Assembly: GCA_963625925.1 (NCBI GenBank)
Contig: CAVFVF010000003.1
Coordinates: forward strand, 2,476-66,475
Length of the DNA stretch: 64,000 nt
Reading direction: 5' to 3'
Origin: Eggerthellaceae bacterium
Lineage (GTDB): Bacteria > Actinomycetota > Coriobacteriia > Coriobacteriales > Eggerthellaceae
This document shows positions 17,842 through 27,223 of the stretch, one piece after another (the first letter of the stretch is position 1; each line of letters begins with the position of its first letter). The position numbers and the translations under genes were made by a program. The notes under the pieces are model-generated. The model was not told the DNA's origin. It was given only the letters and a program-made list of their open reading frames with translations, and made no database searches.

Positions 17842-18201
17842 TTACATACAGGTATCTGCCACCGGGCATTCAGCGCACTTAAAGCCATGTTTGCATGGCG
17901 TGTGCGAATGCTCGAAGGCGTACTCCATATCGCGCTGATAAAGCTCCACTTCATCCAGGTCGAGCGAGTAATACACCGACATGCCGCGACGTTCTCGCTT
18001 GAACAGCCCCGATTGCTCCATAACCTTAAGGTGCTTCGTGGCCGCCGGCTGGCTAATGCCCAATACCTCGGCGATGTCGCTCACCTTCATGGTGTAGGGC
18101 TCGTGCGATCCAACAATCTTGATCATCTTCATACGGTTGGGGTCGCTGACCGCCTTGTTGTAGCGGCACACGCGCTCAACCAATCCACCACGCAAATGCA
18201 C
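17842..18201 (-). CDS. ArsR/SmtB-family transcriptional regulator with Cys-rich C-terminus
   Basis: 119 aa. wHTH block DPNRMKMIK..VSDIAEVLGISQPAATKHLKVMEQSGL. The C-terminus is HTPCKHGFKCAECPVADTC. Confidence 0.8.
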   Translation of the reverse strand: MHLRGGLVERVCRYNKAVSDPNRMKMIKIVGSHEPYTMKVSDIAEVLGISQPAATKHLKVMEQSGLFKRERRGMSVYYSLDLDEVELYQRDMEYAFEHSHTPCKHGFKCAECPVADTCM

Positions 18202-18470
18202 ACTTTCCTCTTTTCAGGAACCAAACCGGCAGAAGCAGTTCTGACATGCACGGGTATAGATATCAGGCCAGGTTTGCTTCCCAGATATTGCCTTGGTAGT
18301 TATAACTTTATGGTTATAAGGTAATAGTCTTGAACGTGTTCGTCAATACGAACGTCAGTCGAATTCCCTCTCTGGCTCGCCGCTTCTTTTAACCGAAGCC
18401 CTAGCCCGCCACGCCTCCATGCCCGTATCGACCATACCCCCCCTGCAGCCGAACCCTTTCCCCAGGCCAG

Positions 18471-18500
18471 GCATAAAAAAGGCCGCCCGAAGGCGGCCCT
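18471..18500 (-). terminator. Terminator after lemA; 30-mer identical to 15274-15303
   Basis: gcataaaaaaggccgcccgaaggcggccct matches 30/30. Confidence 0.7.
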
Positions 18501-18530
18501 CTATTGCGGGTGCGATTGTTCCCTGCTCTG

Positions 18531-19154
18531 CTACTTCTGAGTGCTCGGGTCGGTAGGAGCGCTGCTCATGTTCACTGCAGGAGCATCGGCAGAATTGCCC
18601 TGACCGAAATTCACCACAGGAGCACCGGAAGCAGCCGCATTCGCATCAAAGCTTTCCTTCTTGGTAAAGCCGAAGATGCCAGCCACCAGCACACCAGGGA
18701 AGGTTTGGATGGCGTTGTTGAACTGCATTACCACATCGTTATAGCTCTGACGCATGTAGCTAATCTTGTCTTCCGTTGCGGTGATTTCCGACTGAAGCTG
18801 CTGGAAGTTGGCGTTCGCCTTCAAGTCGGGGTATGCCTCGCTCACAGCAAATAGGCTCTTCAGCGTGCCGGTAAGAATGTTGTCGGCAGCCATCTTTTCT
18901 TCGGGCGTGGTGGCGTTTGCAACAGCGCTACGTGCCTGCGTCACCTTTTCCAGCGTGCCGCTTTCGTGAGCAGCATAGCCCTTTACGGTTTCGACCAAAT
19001 TGGGAATAAGGTCCAAGCGGCGCTGCAACTGAACGTCTACCTGCGCCCAGGCGTTGTCTACCTTGTTGCGCAGCTGAACCAGGTTGTTGTACAGCGCAAT
19101 AACGATGATTGCCAGCACAACGATGATGGCAACAATTACGATCACGGTAACCAT
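18531..19154 (-). CDS. lemA: LemA-family membrane protein
   Basis: 207 aa. N-terminal TM segment, then the LemA pattern YNNLVQLRNKVDNAWAQVDVQLQRRLDLIPNLVETVKGYAAHE. AAGGAG RBS. Confidence 0.85.
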   Translation of the reverse strand: MVTVIVIVAIIVVLAIIVIALYNNLVQLRNKVDNAWAQVDVQLQRRLDLIPNLVETVKGYAAHESGTLEKVTQARSAVANATTPEEKMAADNILTGTLKSLFAVSEAYPDLKANANFQQLQSEITATEDKISYMRQSYNDVVMQFNNAIQTFPGVLVAGIFGFTKKESFDANAAASGAPVVNFGQGNSADAPAVNMSSAPTDPSTQK

Positions 19155-19188
19155 AACTACTCCTTAAAGTTAAGCGTTTACCTGCAGT

Positions 19189-20127
19189 TTAAACGTTTTC
19201 GACGATGGCGGCGCCCAAGGGTGAAAAAGACGTTACCCTGCACCACCATTCATGTTTGTGGGCTTCAACCGAAGCCTCGGTGGCTGCCTCGTAAGAATCG
19301 AACATCAAGCACACGGCCGAGCCGCTGCCGCACAATACCGCGCCCGTAGCACTAGCCTGTCCTTGGGCCCAATCCAGCACTTCGGCAACCTTAGGCTCAA
19401 CCGAGCAAGCGGCCTGGGTAAGGTTGTTATAGGGCTCAACCTCGCTCGCCTGCGTAAATCCGGCAAGCCCCGCCAGGTATTCAGCCGAAGGAAGCTGCGG
19501 GCTGGCATCAAAAGCAGCGTAGGCTTCGCCGGTAGAAACGCCAGCATCAGGGCGCACCAACAGCACAAAGCCCTTGCGCGTTGCAAGCTTGGCCTCAAAC
19601 ACTTCGCCCTTTCCTGAAAGACGCACGCAACCGCCGTGCAAGAAAAACGACACATCGGCACCCAGGCGAGCCGCCACGGCGCTCACCTGCTGGCTAGCAG
19701 GATCGACGCCCCACAGCGTAGCCGCGCCCAAAAGTGCAGCGGCCGCGTTGGAAGACCCGCCGCCTAAGCCAGCCTGCGCGGGAATCACCTTATTCAAAAC
19801 CATTTCGATGGTTTCATCTTCGTTGCGGCCCAGCTCAGCGGCCAATTCCTGCACCGCACGATAGGCGATGTTCTGCTCGGCGCTTACATCAAGCGGGTCG
19901 ATGGTAAACGAGGTTTCGCACTTAAGCGCAATGTGAAGGCCCTCGCCCGAGCCCTCGTCGCTCAAGCGGCGCATAGAAAGCGTGTCGTGCAGCGCCAGGG
20001 AATGCATGATGGTGTCCACGCCATGGAAGCCATCTTCACGCTTTTCGCCCACCGCCAAAACAAGGTTCACCTTTGCCGGCGAAATGATCTTCACCATATT
20101 GCTTGCGGAAAGTCCTTCGATTTGCAT
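19189..20127 (-). CDS. ispE: 4-diphosphocytidyl-2-C-methyl-D-erythritol kinase
   Basis: 312 aa. PAKVNLVLAVG and the GHMP-kinase motif IPAQAGLGGGSSNAAA. Confidence 0.9.
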   Translation of the reverse strand: MQIEGLSASNMVKIISPAKVNLVLAVGEKREDGFHGVDTIMHSLALHDTLSMRRLSDEGSGEGLHIALKCETSFTIDPLDVSAEQNIAYRAVQELAAELGRNEDETIEMVLNKVIPAQAGLGGGSSNAAAALLGAATLWGVDPASQQVSAVAARLGADVSFFLHGGCVRLSGKGEVFEAKLATRKGFVLLVRPDAGVSTGEAYAAFDASPQLPSAEYLAGLAGFTQASEVEPYNNLTQAACSVEPKVAEVLDWAQGQASATGAVLCGSGSAVCLMFDSYEAATEASVEAHKHEWWCRVTSFSPLGAAIVENV

Positions 20128-20144
20128 GCTGTACCACCAATCGG

Positions 20145-20678
20145 TTATTCGTTGTTTGGCTCGGCTACGGCCGCGCCTTCGCGTTCCAGGGCCTTGCGTG
20201 CCTTGTTGCGCTTTCGTTTTTCCTTAAAGAATGTTTTCAGAAGCTCGGAGCATTCATCGGCACACACTCCGGGCGTTACCTCAAATACATGGTTTAGGCG
20301 TTCGTCAGCGTTTACTTGGTAAAGCGAACCCAGCGCGCCCGCCTTCGGGTCGAAGGCACCGAACACGCAACGGCCAATGCGCGCCTGATGCATTAGACCT
20401 GCGCACATAACGCATGGCTCCAGAGTAACGTAGACGGTGCAGTCGGTTAGGCGCCACACACCCAGCGCATCGGATGCTTGCTTGAGCGCCAAGAATTCGG
20501 CGTGGCCTGCAGGGTCGGCATCGGTTTCACGGCGATTGCAGGCAGCCGCCAACACTTCGCCATTGCGCACCACGACAGCACCGATAGGCACTTCGTCCAG
20601 CTCAGCGGCTTTTTTTGCCTGTTCAAGCGCTATGCGCATGAACTGAATATCTTGAGCCTGAGCAGCTGTGGGCTGCAT
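20145..20678 (-). CDS. tadA: tRNA adenosine(34) deaminase
   Basis: CDA motifs HAEFLAL and TLEPCVMCAG. I prefer the ATG at 20678 (GGTGGTGA upstream) over the TTG at 20690. Confidence 0.88.
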   Translation of the reverse strand: MQPTAAQAQDIQFMRIALEQAKKAAELDEVPIGAVVVRNGEVLAAACNRRETDADPAGHAEFLALKQASDALGVWRLTDCTVYVTLEPCVMCAGLMHQARIGRCVFGAFDPKAGALGSLYQVNADERLNHVFEVTPGVCADECSELLKTFFKEKRKRNKARKALEREGAAVAEPNNE

Positions 20679-20718
20679 AATCACCACCAAAAGTATGCTA
20701 TCCTAAGCCCTGCTATCC

Positions 20719-20806
20719 GGAGGAATGGCAGAGTGGTTGAATGCGGCGGTCTTGAAAACCGTTGTGCCGCAAGGCACCGTGGGTTCAAATCCTACTTCCT
20801 CCGCCA
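20719..20806 (+). tRNA. tRNA-Ser (anticodon TGA), CCA encoded
   Basis: Acceptor GGAGGAA/TTCCTCC, anticodon loop CTTGAAA, long variable arm, T-arm GTGGGTTCAAATCCTAC. Confidence 0.9.
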
Positions 20807-20817
20807 CACATTCCAAA

Positions 20818-20839
20818 GCCCGCATAGCGCGGGCTTTTT
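20818..20839 (+). terminator. Terminator after tRNA-Ser(TGA)
   Basis: gcccgc-atagc-gcgggc followed by TTTTT. Confidence 0.7.
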
Positions 20840-20934
20840 CATTTTAAACGCAATGATGCTGCGCAAGAAAACTTCGTTTACAAAGGTTGGTCGGGCCAAT
20901 ATTCGGAAGACGCCGCGGCGGCGGGACACCCCTG

Positions 20935-21804
20935 TCAACAAAAAAGCAGCGTTTCCATTACAAAGCTAACGGGCATTTCGCAACCGCACCACTGGCGCTC
21001 GGCAATGGCCGCCTGCTGAATGAACACACCTACGCCGTCTACCACCTTGCAGCCCTTTTTGGCTGCCATGGCCAAAAGCTCGGTTTCGCGCGGGAGATAT
21101 ACCATGTCGGCCACGATGAGCTCAGGGCGCAGCATGCTTTCCTGCACCAAACAGCCGGGGTTGGAAAGCGTACCCACATTGGTGGCGTTTACCAGCAGCG
21201 TCGACTCAGCGATGGAAGAGCGCAGCTGCTCTTCGTTTTCGAGCGGGTACTGGTTTACCTGGCATTCGCAATGCGCCTCCAAGCGCGACATGGTTTCGCG
21301 AAAGCCCAGTAAAAACTTGTCGTTGCGGTTAAACACATCGATTTGCGCAACGCCGTCCAGCGCGGCCTGCACTACAACAGCCGATGCCGCGCCGCCCGTG
21401 CCCAGCACGGTGATTTTCTTGCCCAGCACATTTACGCCGTTCATAACCAGGTTGCGCATGAATGCGGCACCATCGGCGTTATCGCCCAGCGAACGGCCGT
21501 TCAAAATGGTTACAGTGTTTACCGCGCCCATGATTTCGGCCACGGTAGAAACCTCGTGCAGGTACGGCACGATGGCCTTCTTGTAAGGCGAGGTTACGTT
21601 GTAGCCCAAATAGCCCAGAGCTTCCATGCCGCGCACGGCAGTTTCCAGGTTGTCGCGCTCAACATCGTGGGCGGTGTACACAAAGTCGTAGCCCATTTTC
21701 TCGAACACGGCATTATGCAATTCGGGCGAAACGGAATTGGCAACAGGATGGCCAACAAGGCCCACCATTCTGGTTGTACCCGTTATGTTGCTTGCTTTTT
21801 CCAT
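20935..21804 (-). CDS. aroE: Shikimate dehydrogenase
   Basis: 289 aa. SPxxHN-type N-terminus, GYNVTSPYKK motif, NADP-binding GTGGAA. AAGGAGG RBS. Confidence 0.88.
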   Translation of the reverse strand: MEKASNITGTTRMVGLVGHPVANSVSPELHNAVFEKMGYDFVYTAHDVERDNLETAVRGMEALGYLGYNVTSPYKKAIVPYLHEVSTVAEIMGAVNTVTILNGRSLGDNADGAAFMRNLVMNGVNVLGKKITVLGTGGAASAVVVQAALDGVAQIDVFNRNDKFLLGFRETMSRLEAHCECQVNQYPLENEEQLRSSIAESTLLVNATNVGTLSNPGCLVQESMLRPELIVADMVYLPRETELLAMAAKKGCKVVDGVGVFIQQAAIAERQWCGCEMPVSFVMETLLFC

Positions 21805-22140
21805 GTCGCCTCCTTATTAGCCACGGCCTTTAGGGTGCCTTAGCTGGCAAAGCCATCTGGGTTGCCACTGGCCGCGCCCGCTGGGCTACCTTATGCGGGG
21901 AATCATTTTAGCGTGACGAGCCAAAATAAAGAAGAACGAGGCGCGAAAGCCCCTAGGTATGCACCAAACGAATAGCTGTGCGGTTCGTGAAAGATCAAGT
22001 AGGCGCGAACGGTCGGCCGGCTCGCTCATACCCGAAGGCTTCCATCTACGCCGGCTTCCTTGCTCCAGCAAACAGCCACGGGCAGCCCCGGCGGCAAGCG
22101 GCCACGGGCAGCCCCGGCGGCAAGCAGCCCTTGGCAACTG

Positions 22141-23964
22141 CTAGCCTTCCATTTCCTCGGCAACCAGCAACCACTCTTCTTCCAAAACGCCAATGCGCTC
22201 TTCCAGCTCGGCGATAACCTGCTGCGCTTTGCCCAGGGCCTCGTAATCGTACGGGTCAACCTCCAAAAGATCGGCCTTTGCCTGCTCGAGCTTCTTTTCC
22301 TGGGTTTTCATCTTGTTTTCAATGGAGCGCGCTTGCTTCTTCAGCTCACGCATTTGCGCAGCAGAAAGGCCGCTTTGCTCGGGCTTTTCAGACGCAGCGG
22401 CCTGTTGAGCCGCCGCAGCCTTACCGGCTCCAGCCTTAGCCGCATTCGCCTTGGATGCGCGGCTTTCTTCCAGCAGCTCCAAGTATTCGTCCACGCCACG
22501 CGGGCAATGCGTAAGCTTGCCATCGATGAGCGCAAACTGGTCGTCGGTCACACGTTCCATAAGGTAGCGGTCGTGACTAACCACAATGAGCGTGCCCGGC
22601 CATGTGTCCAGCAGGTTTTCCATAGCCACCATCATGTCGGTGTCCAGGTCGTTGCTGGGTTCGTCCAAAATGAGCACGTTGGGCGAATCAAGCAGGATAA
22701 GCATGAGCATAAGGCGGCGCTTCTGCCCGCCCGAAAGCGTTTCTACCGGCATATTCAAATGCGCGTTGGTAAAGCCCAGCTGCTCCAACAGCTGCGCCGG
22801 GCTAACCTCTTTGCCGTCGATCATATAGCGCGTGTTGTAGCGCGTAAGAATCTCTCGCACACGATCGGTATTGAACTTTTGGAGCTCTTCGAGCTTCTGC
22901 GAAAGGAAGGCGAATTTTACCGTTTTGCCAATCTTCACGCGGCCCGCTTGCGGCCTAAGCTTGCCCTGCACAATATCGAGCAAGGTAGACTTGCCTGCGC
23001 CATTGGCGCCCATAAGCCCATAGCGGTCGCCCGGGCCAATCATCCAAGTTACCTGGTCAAGCACCTTGTTTTCGCCATACGAAAAGCTTGCGTCTATAAC
23101 GTCGACGCACTTCTTGCCCAGGCGCGAAATTGCCGCACGCTTAAGCTCGGTGGTGTTGCGGATGGGCGGTTCTTGTGCCACCAACGCTTGTGCCGTTTCC
23201 ACATGAAAGCGCGGTTTGGTAGAGCGCGCACGCGCACCGCGCGAAAGCCAAGCAAGCTCGCGGCGCATAAGGTTCTGGCGCTTCTGCTCGGCCACCGCAG
23301 CCTGACGCTGACGCTCAACGCGCTGCAAGATGTAGGCCGAATAGCCACCTTCAAACGGCTCAGCTACGCCATCGTGCACTTCTAGCATGCGCAGGCACAC
23401 TTCATCCAAAAACCAGCGGTCGTGCGTCACTACCACCAGCGCACCATTGCCGCGCGAAAAACGCTGCTTCAAATGCTGCGCCAGCCAATTGATAGCCACC
23501 ACATCTAGATGGTTAGTGGGCTCGTCTAGCAGCAGAACATCAGCATCGGCCACCAACACGCGCGCCAAGTCCACGCGGCGGCGCTGGCCGCCCGAAAGCT
23601 CACCCACCGGAGCATCCCAATCCAAATCGCCAATCATGCCATCGATGATCTGACGAATGCGCGCATCGCTTGCCCATTCGTATTCGGGAACATCGCCAAC
23701 CACGTTCCAGCCAACCGAACGGCTGCCGTCCAACGTATCGGCCTGACGAAGAGAGGCAAAGCGCACACCGCCCGTTCGCAAAACACGACCGTCATCAGGC
23801 TCTACCGTGCCATCAAACAGCCCTAACAGCGACGATTTGCCGTCGCCGTTGCGACCGACCACGCCTACCCTGTCGCCATCATCAACGCCCAGGGAAAGCG
23901 ATTCAAAGATCGTTTTGGTGGGGTATTCCAAATGCACGTTTTCGCAGCCGAACAAAAAGGCCAT
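22141..23964 (-). CDS. uup: ABC-F family ATPase (Uup-like, with C-terminal coiled coil)
   Basis: Two ABC cassettes (GRNGDGKSS/LSGGQRRR and GANGAGKST/LSGGQKRRL), no TM domain, Lys/Glu-rich C-terminal helix. ATG at 23964 after AAGGAGA. Confidence 0.85.
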   Translation of the reverse strand: MAFLFGCENVHLEYPTKTIFESLSLGVDDGDRVGVVGRNGDGKSSLLGLFDGTVEPDDGRVLRTGGVRFASLRQADTLDGSRSVGWNVVGDVPEYEWASDARIRQIIDGMIGDLDWDAPVGELSGGQRRRVDLARVLVADADVLLLDEPTNHLDVVAINWLAQHLKQRFSRGNGALVVVTHDRWFLDEVCLRMLEVHDGVAEPFEGGYSAYILQRVERQRQAAVAEQKRQNLMRRELAWLSRGARARSTKPRFHVETAQALVAQEPPIRNTTELKRAAISRLGKKCVDVIDASFSYGENKVLDQVTWMIGPGDRYGLMGANGAGKSTLLDIVQGKLRPQAGRVKIGKTVKFAFLSQKLEELQKFNTDRVREILTRYNTRYMIDGKEVSPAQLLEQLGFTNAHLNMPVETLSGGQKRRLMLMLILLDSPNVLILDEPSNDLDTDMMVAMENLLDTWPGTLIVVSHDRYLMERVTDDQFALIDGKLTHCPRGVDEYLELLEESRASKANAAKAGAGKAAAAQQAAASEKPEQSGLSAAQMRELKKQARSIENKMKTQEKKLEQAKADLLEVDPYDYEALGKAQQVIAELEERIGVLEEEWLLVAEEMEG

Positions 23965-24196
23965 GCGGTATCTCCTTTGCCATTGCGCCCGCAAAATGCG
24001 AGCACATTAGAGTATATCCGCTCCCCCGCCGTGCTGCGCCCTAGCCCAGTAGGCGCACCGATTGCTCATAGCCGCTCCGGCCGCATGTGCACCAGCCATG
24101 CCGCCGAGCATGCCTGCTACCGCCCAACCGTGCACTTCGCGCAAAACAGCACCCGCCCCAGCATTTGCGTGCAGCAACTTTGCTATAGTTCGCTTC

Positions 24197-25201
24197 ATGG
24201 ATTCGCAAAGCGAAAAGATTGGCTTCGTGCTCATGAACACGGGCACTCCCGATTCCCCCAACCCGGGGGATATCAAGCCCTATCTAATTGAGTTTCTTTC
24301 CGATCCAAATCTCATTCACATGCCGCGCATTCTGTGGCTGCCCATTCTGCATCTGTTCATTGCCAACACGCGTCCGAAAAAAACCAGCCCGCGCTATAAG
24401 AAGATCTGGACCGAGCAAGGTTCGCCTTTCATCATCGAATCGCGCTTGCAAGAAGAAGGCATCAACGGGTGTTTTCGGGCTGCAGGCATAAATGCAGTGG
24501 CTGAACTGGGCATGCGCTATGGCAACCCTTCGCTCGACACGGCCCTCGATAAACTAGAGGCCGCCGGATGCAAAAAAATCGTAGCCTTCCCGCTGTTTCC
24601 GCAAACCGCATATTGCACGGTAAGAAGCTGCAAAGGCAAAATCCAACAGGTAATGCGCAAGCATAAAAACCTTGAACTCGTGCGCGTTATTGAAGGCTAC
24701 AACCAAAATCCGCTGTACCACCAGGCGCTTGCAGCAAGCATTCGCGAGGCGTGGGAGTACAAACCAGGCAGCAAGCTCATGTTTTCGTTCCACTCCATCC
24801 CGGTAAGCGATGTGGAAAACGGGGACACCTACGTGCAGCAAATCAACGCCGACCTTCAAAAGGTTACCGAGCTTTTGGGTATTCCCGAAGAAGACTGGAG
24901 CGTAGCCTTCCATTCCCGCTTTGAAGACCCGCATGCTTGGGTAACGCCGCATCCGCGCGCCAAGCTTTCCGAATGGGCCGAACAAGGCGTAGAGCGCGTG
25001 GGCATTCTGACGCCGGGCTTTGCTGCGGATTGTTTGGAATCACTCTACGATATCAAGGATGTTACCTGCGAATACTTCCGCACCCTATGCAAACAGCATG
25101 GGCGCGAAGCCGAAATTACCTACATCCCTGCGCTCAATCACCGCGAAGACCACCTGAACTTGCTCTTCGAAGTAGCCAAGCAGGCGCTCGAAGAGCTCTA
25201 G
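24197..25201 (+). CDS. hemH: Ferrochelatase-family protein (HemH/CpfC-like)
   Basis: From the internal ATG the protein is 334 aa with the family N-terminus KIGFVLMNTGTPDSP and a conserved FSFHSIPV block. No clear RBS, so the start is uncertain. Confidence 0.75.
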   Translation: MDSQSEKIGFVLMNTGTPDSPNPGDIKPYLIEFLSDPNLIHMPRILWLPILHLFIANTRPKKTSPRYKKIWTEQGSPFIIESRLQEEGINGCFRAAGINAVAELGMRYGNPSLDTALDKLEAAGCKKIVAFPLFPQTAYCTVRSCKGKIQQVMRKHKNLELVRVIEGYNQNPLYHQALAASIREAWEYKPGSKLMFSFHSIPVSDVENGDTYVQQINADLQKVTELLGIPEEDWSVAFHSRFEDPHAWVTPHPRAKLSEWAEQGVERVGILTPGFAADCLESLYDIKDVTCEYFRTLCKQHGREAEITYIPALNHREDHLNLLFEVAKQALEEL

Positions 25202-25373
25202 GGGCAGCCGCAAGGAATAACGCGGATGGCGCTCGCTGATGCTGCTCAAGTGTCCAAGGAGCCCTGGAACTGGCGCTCACTGGCGCGACCAAGATACCCA
25301 ATGTCGCCGCGCACCGCACTCCATCCCGGCGCGAACGCACGCTCGTGCGGCTCCGAGGCCCGGGCCCAACAAC

Positions 25374-25400
25374 AAAAAGACCCGCTCTCAAGAGAGCGGG
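25374..25400 (-). terminator. Terminator after usp
   Basis: The - strand reads cccgctctc/gagagcggg then T-rich sequence. Confidence 0.6.
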
Positions 25401-25453
25401 CCACTAGATTGTTTAACCAGGTCCCTACAGACCAACCGGTCTATTGAGCTAGG

Positions 25454-25930
25454 TTATTTAACAACGAGAACCGGAACAGGGCTTTCGCGCAATACTGCAT
25501 AAGATACAGAGCCCAGAACGCCGCGGATAGCGCCAAGGCCACGAGAGCCCATTACGATAAGGTCGGCGTCTTCCTTTTCAGCGTAAGAAAGGATGTCGGC
25601 TGCGGGGGTGTAACCCGGGATAACCTCGATCTTGGCGGCATCGCCCAAAGAATCGATGGCATTGCCAATGCCTTCCTTAACCTTTTCAGTTTCCTCGCCG
25701 ATGGTCTTGTTGTAGAGGGACATGATGTCCTCAACGGAAAGCAGATACTGCTGCGGATCGAACGAAGCGCTGTTGAAGTTAGCGGGAAGCTGTGCATTGG
25801 GATGCGTGGTTACAAATACCACGTGCAGCTTAGCGCCTTCGGAACCCTTAACGATTTCAGCGGCCTTCTTAACAGCAGCCAGTGCCTGATCAGAACCATC
25901 GTAGGCAACGACAACATTTTCGAATACCAT
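25454..25930 (-). CDS. Universal stress protein (UspA family)
   Basis: 158 aa from the ATG at 25930 (AGGAGGGG RBS). C-terminal motif MGSRGLGAIRGVLGSVS. Confidence 0.85.
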   Translation of the reverse strand: MVFENVVVAYDGSDQALAAVKKAAEIVKGSEGAKLHVVFVTTHPNAQLPANFNSASFDPQQYLLSVEDIMSLYNKTIGEETEKVKEGIGNAIDSLGDAAKIEVIPGYTPAADILSYAEKEDADLIVMGSRGLGAIRGVLGSVSYAVLRESPVPVLVVK

Positions 25931-26237
25931 GATTACCCCTCCTAAAGAAGCTATGGCAGGCATCCCCTGCAGTCCCTACGTGCAGCACCTGCCTTCTTTT
26001 ATCAAAATCATACCACGCCAGCGCCCCCTAGAATAGGCGCAACCCATTCGAAGTCCCTGCTCAGCCCATAGGTATTGAGAAACATAATTTGCCATTGAGA
26101 AAGGCCTAACCTAAGGGCCTAGACTGAACTCAAGCGCTTGGCTAACCTGCCGCAACAAAGGTTATACGCGATGCCGCCCCTGCACTCCAGCAGGCCGTAG
26201 CGCCAACATCCAGGCCGGCGCCGAGCGCATCCCAGCC

Positions 26238-26270
26238 AAAAAGAAGGACCCCAGCCAAGCCAGGGTCCTT
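26238..26270 (-). terminator. Terminator after tetR
   Basis: aaggaccc...gggtcctt hairpin with a T-run on the - strand. Confidence 0.55.
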
Positions 26271-26296
26271 CACCAAAGCAATTTTTAAGCAAAGAG

Positions 26297-26974
26297 CTAC
26301 TTGTCCAAGAAGTTGCCCTTCTTTTCCAAAGGCTCGATAGCAAGCTTCGCATCTGGGTTAACCATGATGGAGCGCAAGTAGGTTTCGATAGCGGCATCCA
26401 ATTCGTATTCCAGGTCGATATCGCCCTCGAACACGCACCAGTAAAACAGCAAGCCGGTAGATGCAGCAGCAATGCGCAGCAGCGCCTCATCGATGTCGAT
26501 ATCGGAGCGAACCAGCCCCGCATCAATCGCCTCCTGCAAATGCAGACGCACCGAAGCAATAATGAAGTCGTCTTTAGTGTCGCGATGCATAAAGTCGAAG
26601 AACGGGTTGTGATTGGAAGCGTACAGGCCCGAAATAAATTCAATGCCCATGTCTTCGCAGTACTTCACATACGCACGGTAAATGATAAGAATGCGCTCGA
26701 CGGGGTTGTATCCCTCGGCGTCTTGCGCAGCCTTTTCGCGATACGGCGTAAAAGCGTACTTCAAGTAGTAGGAAATAAGATCTTCCTTGCCGCTGAACAG
26801 GTTGTAGAAACTGCCCGTGGAAAGGCCCGCTTCATCGCAAATATTACGAACGGTAAGCTGCTTCATGCCGTCACGATTAACAAGCTTAATAGCAGCCTTA
26901 AGAAGCTTTTCGCGCGTTACCTGGGCGCGAGTCTCATGAACAGAAACGTACTGATTCCTGCGAATCATGCGCAC
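26297..26974 (-). CDS. TetR/AcrR-family transcriptional regulator
   Basis: 225 aa. N-terminal HTH TVRNICDEAGLSTGSFYNLFSGKEDL. Confidence 0.85.
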   Translation of the reverse strand: MRMIRRNQYVSVHETRAQVTREKLLKAAIKLVNRDGMKQLTVRNICDEAGLSTGSFYNLFSGKEDLISYYLKYAFTPYREKAAQDAEGYNPVERILIIYRAYVKYCEDMGIEFISGLYASNHNPFFDFMHRDTKDDFIIASVRLHLQEAIDAGLVRSDIDIDEALLRIAAASTGLLFYWCVFEGDIDLEYELDAAIETYLRSIMVNPDAKLAIEPLEKKGNFLDK

Positions 26975-27223
26975 TTCCCTTCTTAGAATTACCTAGCGAA
27001 CCTACAGTATCCAAGCTTTGCTTTTTGCAATGCCAAATGTTGAAGTTAACCAAAAATGAACATGTTTTTGAACACGTTCGTTTTAGGCGAACTTCGCCAC
27101 TAGGTACCTTATTCCTATTGCAAGAATTAATCAGCAATATTTACGCGAACGGGGGCAAACGCCCCCGTTTCAGCATAAGCCCAGGTGGGAATTTCTCCGC
27201 CCAGGCGTCTATTTTGCAAAAGG

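Noticed and set aside
18331-18342. Interpreting the TGAACGTGTTC motif family as LexA (Cheo) boxes.
   Set aside because: The Cheo box is GAAC-N4-GTTC, whereas these sites have a 2-nt spacer and occur as head-to-tail arrays. No SOS genes are adjacent.
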